A stretch of 64,000 nucleotides of DNA, taken from assembly GCA_965218785.1 (NCBI GenBank), contig OZ244650.1, positions 800,001 to 864,000 on the forward strand, given 5' to 3'. Below, piece by piece: positions 40,901 through 53,749 of the stretch. A program made the position numbers and the translations under genes. This DNA comes from Nitrosopumilus sp. GTDB taxonomy: Archaea; Thermoproteota; Nitrososphaeria; Nitrososphaerales; Nitrosopumilaceae. Under the pieces are notes generated by a model, which saw only the letters and a program-made list of their open reading frames with translations, did no database searches and was not told the origin of the DNA. Positions within the stretch are counted from its first letter, which is position 1; each line of letters begins with the position of its first letter.

Positions 40901-43900
40901 TTTGATATGGACGGCACCTATGTCGACCAGTTCGGCAACGGTCATCTTGAATCACCACAAGGAATCACAACAACCCCCACACACATACTGGTTGCAGACA
41001 ACGACAACGACAGGATACACGTATTTGATCTGGACGGCAACCATCTGCCACCTTTGATGAAATAGTCACCGGCTTTGTTGATGCAGATGATATCACGGCA
41101 TGTTTGGCAGTCTTAACAACCCACAAGAAATCACAACAAACTCCACTCACATACTGGTTGCAGACACCGACAACCACAGGATACAGATATTTGATCTTCC
41201 ACCCGCTGCAACCATAAAGACCAACACCCCCAACGGCAGCACACAGGTCTCTGAGACGGTATCCTACACTGTCACCTTTACAATACTGGTCGCAGACGTG
41301 TCATACTTTGATGGTCGGCAACGGATATCACCGTATCTGGAACCGCATCGTATTTGATCTGGCGGTTCAGCATGTTTGGCCCACCGTCCACTCAAACTTT
41401 GTGAAAATAAATAAAGACCAACACCCCCAACGGCAGCACACACTGATTATACGTTTGACGTGGCAACCGCCCACCGATCAAACGGTACTGATTATACGTT
41501 TGACGTGGCAACCGCCGATAACACGGTTGCAGTATCGATTCCTAAAAACGTGGCAGTAGATGATGCAGGCAACGGCAACGTGACATCTGACCTATATACC
41601 GTTACAGTAAATACCAACGCCCCCACTGTAACCATAATTGCCGATACTGTAAATGGTGGCACCGTAGATACTAAAACCATATCCTACATGGTCACATTTG
41701 ACATGGATGTAAATGACTTTACTGAATCTGATATTATGGTAACTGGAACCGCATCCGGTGACTCACCTGCACCCTCAAACTTTATGAAATTAAGTGCGAC
41801 AGAGTATACCTTTGATGTGGCAACCATCCGTGATGGTACGGTCACAGTAACGATTCCTGAAAATGTGGCATCAAGTAATACAGGCAACTACAACGTGGCA
41901 TCTAACACGCATACCATTACAGTAGATGCCTACATACCTACCGTAACCATAACTACCGATACCGCTGATGGTAGTACCACAGGCACTAACATAACATCCT
42001 ATACTGCCACCTTTGATGAAATAGTCACCGGCTTTGATACCACATCTGATATCACCGTATCCGGATCAGCTGCTGCGACGGCATCAGCACCAACCGGAGC
42101 CGGCACCACATACTCCTTTACCGTGACTGCCGATTCTGACGGTACGGTCACGGTATCTATTCCTGCAAACGCTGCAGAAGATAGCACAGACAACGGCAAC
42201 ATACAATCTGACCCATACACCGTTACAGTGGATACCCCGATAACATTTGGGACTTTTGTCAGCTCGTTTGGACGTCAGGGTTCAGGTGACGGCAGGTTTA
42301 ACAATCCTATTGGAATCACAACAAACTCCACACACATACTGGTTGCAGACGCCACCAACAACAGAATCCAGATATTTTATCTGAACGGCACCCATTCCAA
42401 CACGCTTGACAGTTTTGATGGCTCAGACGACGGCCTGTTTGATAACCCACAAGGAATAACGACAAACTCCACTCACATGCTGGTTGCAGACACCGATAAC
42501 GACCGGATACTGATATTTGACACTGCAGGCATTTTACTTCAAACGATTGACCGTTTTGGTCCAGATCTCCGTAAGTTTAACAGTCCGCAAGGAATCACAA
42601 TGACCTCCGTGCACATCCTGATTACCGACTCCCGTAACCACATGGTACACATATTTGATCTGGACGGTACCCCTGTCAACTCGTTTGAATTACAAGACGC
42701 AAGAACCAACCATCCTTTCATCCCACGAGGAATCACAACAAACTCCACACACATACTGGTTACAGACACCGACAACGGCAGGATACAGGTATTTGATAAC
42801 ACAGGCACCCATGCCGGCACTATTGGCAGTATTGGCACTACCGACGGCAAGTTTAAAAACCCACGAGGAATCACAACAACCCCTACACATATCCTGGTTG
42901 CAGACACCAGCAACCACAAGATACAGGTATTTGATATGGGTGGTAATCATGTCAGCACGCTTGGCCGTTTCGGAGGAGGCGCCGGCCAGTTTTCTTTACC
43001 ATATGGAATCACAACAAATTCCACGCATATGCTGGTTGCAGACACTCGCAACGCCAGAATCCAGACATTTGATCTTGCACCCACCGTGACCATAAATACC
43101 AACATCTCCAACGGAGGCACATCTTTTTCAGAGACCGTATCCTACACTGCCACCTTTACTGAAGACGTATCGTACTTTGATGGTGCGGATATCCTCATAT
43201 CTGGAACCGCATCGGGAGGTTTGCCCACCGTATCAAACTTTGTGAAAATAAATGCGACTGATTATACGTTTGACGTGGCAACCACAGATGACGGTACTGT
43301 CACAGTAGCGATTCCTAAAAACGTGGCAGTAGGCAGTGCAGACGCCGGCAACGTGCCATCTGCCACACATACCATTACAGTAAATACCGACTCACCCATC
43401 GTAACCATAACTCCCGATGATGACAGCACCGTAGATACTGACACAATATCCTATACTGTTACCTTCAGCGAGGAGGATATGGTGGGCTTTACGGTATCTG
43501 ATATTGAACTATCTGGAACGGCAACTATCCACCCGTCTGCACCATCAAACTTTATGAAAACAAGTGCGACAGAGTATACCTTTGACGTGGCAACCACAGA
43601 TGACGGTACGGTCATTGTATCGATTCCTGAAGACGTGGCAGTAAGTACGACAGACACAGGCAAAGTGACATCTGTAAAACACACCATTACAGTAAATGCC
43701 AACATACCCACAGTAACCATAACTGCCGATACGGCATATGGTGGCACCACAAACACTGACACAATATCCTATACTGCCACCTTTGATGAGGAAGTAACCG
43801 GCTTTGATGATACAGATGATATCGTCATATCCGGAACAGCTACTGCAACGGTATCTGCACTGACTGGAGACGGTGCCACATACTTTTTTACCGTGACTGC

Positions 43901-46900
43901 CCTCACTGACGGTACTGTTACAGTATCAATTCCTGAAAACGTGGCAACGGACATTGCAGGCAACAACAACGTGGCATCTGACCCATACACCGTTACGGCG
44001 GATGTTCCAATATCATTTGCGACTTTTGTCAGATCGTTTGGCAGTATAGGTGCAAGCGACGGTGAGTTTAGAAATCCTACTGGAATCATAACAAATTCCA
44101 CACACATGGTGGTTACAGACGCCGGCAACGACAGGTTACAAATATTTCATCTGAACGGCACCCATGCCAACACGCTTGACAGTTTTGATGGCTCAGACGA
44201 CGGTCTGTTTGATTACCCCCGGGCAATAACGACAAACTCCACCCACATGCTGGTTACAGACTCATCTCACAACAGAATACTGATATTTGACACCGCAGGC
44301 ATCTTACTCCACACGTTTGGCAGTCGTGGCTCAGACCCCGGCGAATTTAACCGCCCATCAGGAATCGCAACAAACTCCACGCACATACTGGTTGCAGACA
44401 CCAACAACCGCCGGATCCAGGTATTTGATAACACAGGCACCCATGTCAGCTCGTTTGATTTACGAGGTGCAAGAGGCGGCGATGATTTCAGCCCATCAGG
44501 AATCACAACAAACTCCACACACATACTGGTTTCTGACATCGGTAATGACAACATACATGTATTTGATCCGGACGGTACCCATGCCGGCACATTCGGTAGT
44601 GGAGGCACAGCCCCTAATGAATTTAGCATTCCTCGAGGAATCACAATAACCCCCACGCACATGCTGGTTACAGACAGCGGCAACGACCGAATCCAGATAT
44701 TTGATCTAGGCGGTAACTATGTAGGTATGTTTGGCAGTTCCGGTGACAGTGAGAACCAGTTTCATTTACCATATGGAATCACAACAAACTCCACGCACCT
44801 GCTGGTTACAGAATTACGCTCCGACAGAATCCAGACATTTGATCTTGCACCTGCTGCGACCATAAATACCAACACCCCCAACGGCGGTACATCTTTTTAT
44901 GAGACCGTATCATACACTGTCACCTTTACTGAAGACGTGTCATACTTTGATGGTACGGATATCCTCATATCTGGAACCGCATCAGGTGGTTCGCCTACCG
45001 TGTCAAACTTTATGAAAATAAATGCAACTGATTATACGTTTGACGTGGTAACCACCGATGACGGTACGGTTGCAGTAACGATTCCCAAAAACGTGGCAGT
45101 AGGCAGTGCAGACACCGGCAACGTGCCATCTGTCACACATGCCGTTACAGTCGATACCACTGCACCCACCGTAAGCATAACTCCAGATGATGACAGCATC
45201 ATAGACACCAACATAATATCCTATACTGTCGCCTTCAGCAAGGAGGATGTGACGGGATTTACAGCATTTGATATTGAACTATCTGGAACGGCATCCATCC
45301 ACCCGTCTGCACCATCAAACTTTATGAAAACAAGTGCGACAGAGTATACCTTTGACGTGGAAACCACCAGTGACGGTACGGTAATAGTAACGATTCCTGA
45401 AAACGCAGCAGTAAGTAGGACAGGTACCGGCAACATATCCTCTGATACACATACCATTACAGTAAATGCCAGGATACCCACCGTAACCATAACTGCCGAT
45501 ACGGCAGATGACGGCACCACGGGCACCAACATAATATCCTATACTGCCACCTTTGATGAGACCATAACTGGATTTGATACCACATCTAATATCACAGTAA
45601 CTGGAACAGCTATTACAACGGCATCTACACCTACTGGAGACGGCACCACATACTTTTTTACCGTGACTGCCCTCACTGACGGTACGGTCACAGTATCAAT
45701 TCCCGAAAACGTGGCAACAGATATTGGAGACAACAACAACACGGCATCTGACCCATACACCGTTACTGTGGATGCCCCGGTATCATTTGGGACTTTTGTC
45801 AGCACTATTGGCAGTAAAGGTTCAAGCGACGGTCAGTTTGAAAAACCTGCCGGAATAACGACAAACTCCACACACATACTGGTTGCAGACACCGACAACG
45901 ACAGAATCCAAATATTTCATCTGAACGGCACCCATTCCAACACGCTTGACAGTTTCGACGGTTCAGATGACGACAACTTTCATTACCCTCAAGCAATAAC
46001 GACAAACTCCACTCACATACTGGTTGCAGACACCTTCAACAACAGAATACTGATATTTAACACCGCAGGCATCTTACTCCACACGTTTGGCAGTCATGGC
46101 TCAGACCCCGGCGAGTTTAAAAGTCCACACGGAATCACGACAAACTCCACTCACATACTGGTTGCAGACACCAACAACCAACGGATCCAGGTATTTGATG
46201 ACACAGGCACCCACGTCAGCTCGTTTGGTTTACAGGGAGCAGGAGGCAGCAAATCTTTCAACCCACTAGAAATCACAACAAACTCCACGCACATACTGGT
46301 TACAGACCGCGGTAACGACAGAATTCAGGTATTTGATCTGGACGGCACATATACCAGCTCCATTGGCAGTCCAGGCTCAGCCCCCCGTGAATTTAACAAC
46401 CCACACGGAATCACAACAACTCCCACGCACATACTGGTTGCAGACACCGACAACGACAGGATCCAGATATTTGATCATAACGGCAACTATGTAGGTATGA
46501 TTGATAGTTTCGGTAATGATGTGAACCCGTTTGACACACCGTCAGGAATCACGACAAACTCCACGCACATGCTGGTTGCTGAATTAAACAACCACAGAAT
46601 CCAGGTATTTGATCTTGCGCCCGCTGCGACCATAAAGACTGACACCCCCGACGGTGGCACACATTTCTCTGAGATCATATCATATACGGTCACCTTTACA
46701 AAAGACGTGTCGTACTTTGATGGTACGGACATCCTCATATCTGGAACCGCATTGGGTGATTTCCCTGTGGCGTCAAACTTTGATGGTTCCGGTGCATCAT
46801 ACACCTTTGATGTGGTGAGTACCTCCAACGGCGTGGTTACAGTATCGATTCCTAAAAACGTGGCGGCAAGTAATACAAACATCCGCAACGTGCCATCTGC

Positions 46901-48699
46901 CACACATTCCATTACAATCGATACACACGCACCCACCGTAACCATAACTCCCGATGATGGCAGCACCGTAGATACCAACATAATATCCTATACTGCCACC
47001 TTCAGCGAGGAGGACGTGACGGGCTTTACGGTATCTGACATTGAACTATCTGGAACGGCATCCATCCACCCGTCTGCACCATCAAACTTTGTGAAATTAA
47101 GTGCGACAGAGTATACCTTTGACGTGGAAACCACCCGTGATGGTACGGTAATAGTAACGATTCTTGAAAACGCGGTGACAAGCAGGACGGGCAGCGGCAA
47201 CATGGCATCTGCCACACATACCATTACGGTAAATGCCAGGGTGCCTGCCGCAACCCTGACTGCCGATACTGCTGATGGCGGCACCACGGACATTAACACA
47301 GTATCCTATACTGCCATCTTTGATGAGACAGTCACCGACTTTGATGATGCAGATGATATCACCGTATCTGGAACAGCTACTGCAACGGCATCCGCACCGA
47401 CTGGAGACGGTACCACATACTCCTTTACTGTGACTGCCACCTCTGATGGTACTGTCACGGTATCTATTCCTGAAGACGTGGCAACTGATATTGGAGGCAA
47501 CTACAACGCGGAATCCGATCCATACACCGTTACAGTGGATGTCCCCGTATCATTTGGGAATTTTGTCAGCGAGTTTGGCAGTAAAGGCAGACCATCTGGC
47601 GACCAGCTTAGCTTCCCCGTGGGAGTCACAACAAACTCCACGCACATACTGGTTACAGACACCTTCAACGACAGGATACAGGTATTTGATCTAAACGGCA
47701 TCCCTGTCGGCACGATTGGCGGTTTTGGCAGCGTTGATGGCATGTTTGAAGATCCTACCGGCATCACAACAAACTCCACTCACATACTGGTTTCAGATTT
47801 TAGCAACACCAGGATACAGATATTACATCTGAACGGCACACATGCCAACACGATTGACGACGGGCAGTTTGACTCACCACACGGAATCACGGCAAACTCC
47901 ACGCACATACTGGTTGCTGATTCCTATAACGACAACATCCAGGTACTTGATAACACGGGCAACCGTGTCAGCACGTTTGGCAGTGAAGGCTCAGAAGACG
48001 GGCAGTTTGACTCACCACATGACATCACGACAAACTCCACACACATACTGGTTGCAGATACCCTCAACCACAGGATACAGGTATTTGATGACACGGGCAC
48101 CCATGTCAGTACGATTGGTAGTCCCAGCTCCAATTTTGGTATGGCCGACGGCGAGTTTAACCTTCCACGGGGAATCACAACAACTCCCACGTACATACTG
48201 GTTACAGACTCTAACAACAACAGGATACAGATATTTGATCTGGATGGCACCCATGTCAGCACGTTTGGCAGTGCAGGCTCAGGCAACAACCAGTTTGACT
48301 CACCATACGGCATCACAGCAAACTCCACACACATGCTGGTTGCAGACTCCTACAACAACAGGATACAGGTATTTGATCTTCCACCTGCAGCAACGATATC
48401 TTCTACCCCCTCTGATAGTGGAAGTGGATTTTTTGATACCTTATCTTATGTTGTCCTGTTCAGTGAATCTGTGACGGGCTTTGGTGAATCTGATGTTATA
48501 ATATCCGGAACGGCATCTGTCGACCTGTCTGCACCGTCAAACTTTGAGGGATCCGGTGCATTATACACCTTTGATGTGGTGAGCACCTCTGATGGTACAG
48601 TTACCGTATCAATTCCTAAAAACGCGGCAACAGATAATGCTGGCAACATCAACCCTCCCTTTACATCCCATACCGCTACAATAAATACATCTGTGATCG

Positions 48700-50365
48700 T
48701 TGACACATCTGACTCTCCGAGGATAACTGATGCCGCGTCACTGAAATTCTTTATTACGCACACTGACACCCTTGTCATCTCTGATATCGTAACTGGCATG
48801 GGCACCATCGAAACATCCGACTCTCCGAGAATAGCTGATACAGCATCACTGGAACTGCACATTACTGCCACTGACACACCAGCCATATCTGATGAATCAG
48901 ACATGCAGATCCTGTACGCCATCACCGAATCCACCATCACCGTATCTGACTCTCCCGTACTAGATGACTCTGCATCAATTCAGATCTCCATTACCCTCTC
49001 TGATTCTCCGGCAATCTCTGATGTCGTAACTGGCATGGGCGGCATTGACACATCCGACTCCCCCGTACTAGCCGACACCGCATCCACCAAGATCTCCATT
49101 ACCCTCTCTGATTCTCCGGCAATCTCTGATACCGTAACTGGCATGGGCGGCATTGACACATCCGACTCCCCCGTACTAGCCGACACCGCATCCACCAAGA
49201 TCTCCATTACCCTCTCTGATTCTCCGGCAATCTCTGATGTCGTAACTGGCATGGGCGGCATTGACACATCCGACTCCCCCGTACTAGCCGACACCGCATC
49301 CACCAAGATCTCCATTACCCTCTCTGATTCTCCGGCAATCTCTGATACCGTAACTGGCATGGGCGGCATTGACACATCCGACTCTCCGAGAATAACTGAT
49401 GCCGCATCACTGGAACTGCACATTACTGCCACTGACGCACCTGCCATATCTGATGAATCCGACATGCAGGTACTGGAGACCATCACCGAATCCACCATCG
49501 CCGTATCTGACTCCCCCGTACTAGCCGACACCGCATCCACCAAGATCTCCATTACCCTCTCTGATTCTCCGGCAATCTCTGATACCGTAACTGGCATGGG
49601 CGGCATTGACACATCCGACTCTCCGAGAATAACTGATGCCGCATCACTGGAACTGCACATTACTGCCACTGACGCACCTGCCATATCTGATGAATCCGAC
49701 ATGCAGGTACTGGAGACCATCACCGAATCCACCATCACCGTATCTGACTCCCCCGTACTAGATGACTCTGCATCCACCAAGATCTCCATTACCCTCTCTG
49801 ATTCTCCGGCAATCTCTGATATCATAACTGGCATGGGCGGCATCAAAACATCAGACTCTCCGAGAATAACTGATGCCGCATCACTGGAACTGCACATTAC
49901 TGCCACTGACGCACCAGCCATATCCGATGAATCCGACATGCATGTCCTGGAGACCGTCACCGAATCCACCATCGCCGTATCTGACTCCCCCGTACTAGCT
50001 GACACCGCATCCGCTCGGATCTCTATCATCCTCTCTGATTCCCCGGCAATCTCTGACACCATATCTGGCATGGGCACCATCGAAGCATCTGATTCTCCAA
50101 CAATAACTGACACCGCATCCATGCAACTACACATAACCACCACTGACGCACCTGCCATATCCGATGAATCCGACATAGAGATCACAACCCCCATCACTGG
50201 ATCCGAGATCACCGAATATCCAATCACCGTATCTGACTCCCCCGTACTATCTGACACCGTATCCACCAGGATCTCCATTACCCTCTCTGACTCTCCGGCA
50301 ATCTCTGACACCATATCTGGCATGGGCACCATCGAAGCATCTGACTCTCCGGTTCTATTTGATAC
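48700..50365 (+). repeat. coding tandem repeats (ISITLSDSPAISD.VTGMGGIDTSDSP), near-identical 108- and 240-bp units
   Basis: Directly visible. Confidence 0.9.
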
Positions 50366-51332
50366 CGTTACAATCAATACTGCAATACCTGAGATAATAT
50401 CTGCAAGACTCTCCACTAATACGATCACCATAATCTACAACGTACCAGTAACTACAATTCTTGCCCATTATATGGATCTGACTATCGATGGGGTATCATC
50501 ACAACTTGAAATATCTGATATTGCCGGTAGTACCACTGATACCATCTCACTTACCCTCCCCTCCGAGTTCCCAGCGGGAACCGTTGCCACAATAGATGTA
50601 TCTGGTCCAACAAGTACATCAGACTCTACACGCGTGCTTTTACCGCTAGTTGACCAACTGGTAACAGCAGAAGACAACGTTACACTTGTCGGTACTGACA
50701 ACAGCATTGCAGTAACTGATCCTGCTTCCACCCTTACCACAGTCACATATTCCAATACCGTTGGTGCCACGCTGGATTACTCATCACTGCTAGAAGACAA
50801 ACCGGGACTTCGAACTGCCATGACAAACGACGAGATTGTAATAACTGCGACAGGTCTGCGTGGAGGGAATATTCAGGTGACTATTCCTGCCAGCACCAGT
50901 TTTAGCTCTCCTACCTTTGATGGAATACTGGTTCTGCCAACTGACACTGACTCTGACACTGGTTGTAACTCTGATGCCATAACCTCCGGTGCACAGGCAT
51001 CCTGCATCGAGATAGGACAGTCTGATTCTGTGATAAACACTGATAAGCCAATACGGATACAGCTTGGAGGGCAGGCAGGCAACGTTCCATGGTATTCTGA
51101 GAGCGGTGCTGCAGCTACCCAGATAACTACGGCGTGTACTGCCGATGATATTGACTCTGTATCAGCGCAGCTTGACGGCACCGGGGAGTGCTTCATAAAC
51201 ACGAATGGTAACCTGATAATCTGGACTACGCACTTTACAACATTTGGCTCAAACCTGGTATCACCACCACCACCACCGGTTGTTGTTGAACCAGAACCAG
51301 AATCAATACCAGAACCTGCTCCTAGAAGGTCA

Positions 51333-51395
51333 GGCGGCGGCGGAGGTGGAGGTGGCGGCGGAGGCGGCGGCGGTGGCGGCGGCGGTGGCGGCGGC
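51333..51395 (+). repeat. poly-Gly linker (21 Gly)
   Basis: GGC/GGT/GGA run after a Pro-rich segment. Confidence 0.9.
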
Positions 51396-52430
51396 GACAG
51401 AGGTGAAGGCAGCAACAGCAGAGGTTCACCCTACAACCTGTCCTTCATCCTTACATCAGACGGAGCAAACGCATTGACAGGCCCATCACAGATAACACTT
51501 GAATCTAACACATCACTTACAATAGCACCACAGATACTGCCCATTGACGCACGCCAGAAAATCCTAAAGATGGAGATCATCATCTCGGATCATACAACAC
51601 CTGAACTTCCGGCTGCCCTGATACAATACATGTTGATTCCAAATACTCTTACACATGACAAATGTACTGGCAAGGAACACACATCAGACCGTCTTTATGT
51701 CTGTGATTTCTCCTCGATCATATCTGAGACACAGGTATCATATCTTAAATCCATTCTTTCAACTGCAAGGCACTTTGACAGTATAGTGATACCTTTTGAA
51801 GGGGATTTCTCAGGCAGTCTCAGCGTATTCTTGCAGGATAATCGTGGAATAACCCTGTCTTCGCACACCCGCACGATGTATGGTATTGTTGTAACATCAG
51901 GAGAGAATGACAAACCCGAGACTGTAGACGAGGTGAATCCAGAACCGGTGGAAATGAATCCAGAACCGGCACCCGTGAATCCAGAACCGGCACCAGTGAA
52001 TCCAGAACCGGTGGAAACGGATCCAGAACCAGTGGAAATGAATCCAGAACCGGTGGAAATAACAGAATCCACACGAGCAGATCCAGAATCTGCAGATGAT
52101 CGTAATTTCTTTGAGAAGATTGTAGACTGGTTCCAGTCACTGTTTGGACTTTGAGAATAAATCCCGGTAAGATCGTGATTCAAAAAGACTGCTGATCCGT
52201 GTCGGTACACGCATTTACCTGTCCCAACTTTGTGATCTTGCGGGTTGCTGTAAAATTTCCTAATGTCTGTAATTTCTTCGTCTGAAAGTAACCGTCCTGA
52301 TCTCTTTATCTTCTTTTACAGGCTGCTATCTGTATATGGTAGTCACCAATCAAAACGCCGTTTGTCTGCAACATGCGATTTACCAGTATACACAGTAACC
52401 GCCGGCATTTTAGGAAACATTTTTGATTAA

Positions 52431-52712
52431 TTACCCGCTGAAGATCCGCTCTCTTATCTCCGGTATGTGCTTGTATACCAGGTCCCTCACCCTCATCTGA
52501 TCTTCTGCAGTCGGCATCTCTTTTTGCGCGCTGAGAATCGCACCGCTTAACCCCAACGCCATTCCCATGACGACTCCGTATACAAACTCTTTTGGGTTTT
52601 CGACCTTTAGCGTATCCCGGTTCTCCTTGATATCCTCCATGTATGCAGGAATCGTTGCTATGGCACCGTTGATAGTCTGCGTGATTAGCATCTCTAGTTG
52701 GTCCTCACTCAT
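52431..52712 (-). CDS. conserved hypothetical protein
   Basis: Clean 93-aa ORF with GGTGG SD upstream. Confidence 0.75.
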   Translation of the reverse strand: MSEDQLEMLITQTINGAIATIPAYMEDIKENRDTLKVENPKEFVYGVVMGMALGLSGAILSAQKEMPTAEDQMRVRDLVYKHIPEIRERIFSG

Positions 52713-52783
52713 GCCACCTTCCGGAGAGTTTTCTTAATAAATCTGTGCCCAAGATTTTTAATCGGGGTTTTCTGTGTGGTGAC

Positions 52784-53185
52784 ATGTACTCGTTTTTTAC
52801 CGCTAATGAGGCCAACGCCGCCCTTCCGGATGTGATAAAAAAGTTTGAGCTTGCCCTGGCAAAAAGAAAGGGGGTTGCAAAACTCGAGCAGCAGCTGCAG
52901 ATGAGCATGGCCACTGCAGGCTCTTTTAAAGAGTATGTGCCCCTCAAACAGAAACTAAATTCCATGATCACCCAGTTTTACCAGTCAGTTGAGGTTCTCG
53001 AAAACACCGGTGTTGTAGTAAAAAGTATTGACGAGGGACTGCTTGATTTTCCCTCAAAAAGATTCAATGAGGAGGTCTGGCTGTGCTGGAAATACGGGGA
53101 GACGGAGATAAAGTTCTGGCATGAAAAGGATTCCGGTTTTATGGCACGAAAACCAATAGAGGTCAGTGACGAATCGCTGGTCTGA
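52784..53185 (+). CDS. DUF2203 family protein
   Basis: FTANEANAALP...VKSIDEGLLDFP....VWLCWKYGE..IKFWH..DSGFMARKPI. Confidence 0.85.
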   Translation: MYSFFTANEANAALPDVIKKFELALAKRKGVAKLEQQLQMSMATAGSFKEYVPLKQKLNSMITQFYQSVEVLENTGVVVKSIDEGLLDFPSKRFNEEVWLCWKYGETEIKFWHEKDSGFMARKPIEVSDESLV

Positions 53186-53194
53186 GCATATCTG

Positions 53195-53595
53195 TGCACA
53201 CAATTGGCACAAATTACGTGCCTTAAATTGACAATCTTTTCTTCTGGCACATAACACTCTGAAATGTATCCACCCATGTACTAGTCTGCAAGTGCGTGCG
53301 CGTCTATCTTGTCTGTTTTTTTCTTGGATGCTGCAATTGCCTTTGTATGGTATGGATTGGAAAGAATCACATCCAAGCCCTGTTATCTCGTATAAACATG
53401 AATGGACCATACCATACCGATGATGATTCAGTAACGCATTTTGAATTCTTTGGCAGGATGGGGGAAGGTATTATGCATATCATCATGTGTGTTTTGAGTC
53501 CTTTCATTAAACAGGACATTGCCATCATTATCCATTGCCTCTACTTGGAGAAATTCCTTATGTAGGTCGATTCCCACATATGTCACAGATTCCAT
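53195..53595 (-). mobile_element. degraded, C-terminally truncated IS110-family transposase
   Basis: MESVTYVGIDLHKEF, VTESS.VW, LSNPYHTKAIA..KKKTDKIDARTLAD; frameshifts and stop. Confidence 0.8.
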
Positions 53596-53749
53596 CTTTT
53601 TTCCCTAATGATTTTGTTTGTTTTTTTCTTGGAAACTGTATTTTTTCCAGATGGGGTCTTCCTAATAACATCTGAATTTCTTTTTTCTTCACATATAGCT
53701 AAGACTGATTAATAAATACGGTTTATTTGATATCTGATAAATTGGATCA

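Larger units (their letters stand above)
35526..52154 (+). pseudogene. giant NHL beta-propeller/Ig-like surface protein (about 5500 codons) split into ORFs 35526-39497, 39494-39829, 39842-40825 and 41460-52154
   Basis: Signal peptide; 8 six-blade NHL clusters (PxGITTNSTHILVADTxNxRIQVFD) alternating with Ig-like repeats; 1-nt deletion at about 39471, GAG>TAG at 39827, scrambled 40690-41500; C-terminal anchor NFFEKIVDWFQSLFGL. Confidence 0.8.

Noticed and set aside
35800-48400. NHL DNA repeats as a CRISPR array
   Set aside because: Repeats are in-frame coding blades and the intervening sequences are homologous to each other
48446-52210. Long antisense ORFs (e.g. 48980-50431, 50873-51415, 51695-52210)
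   Set aside because: Shadow frames of repetitive Ser/Thr/Asp-, Gly- and Pro-rich coding sequence
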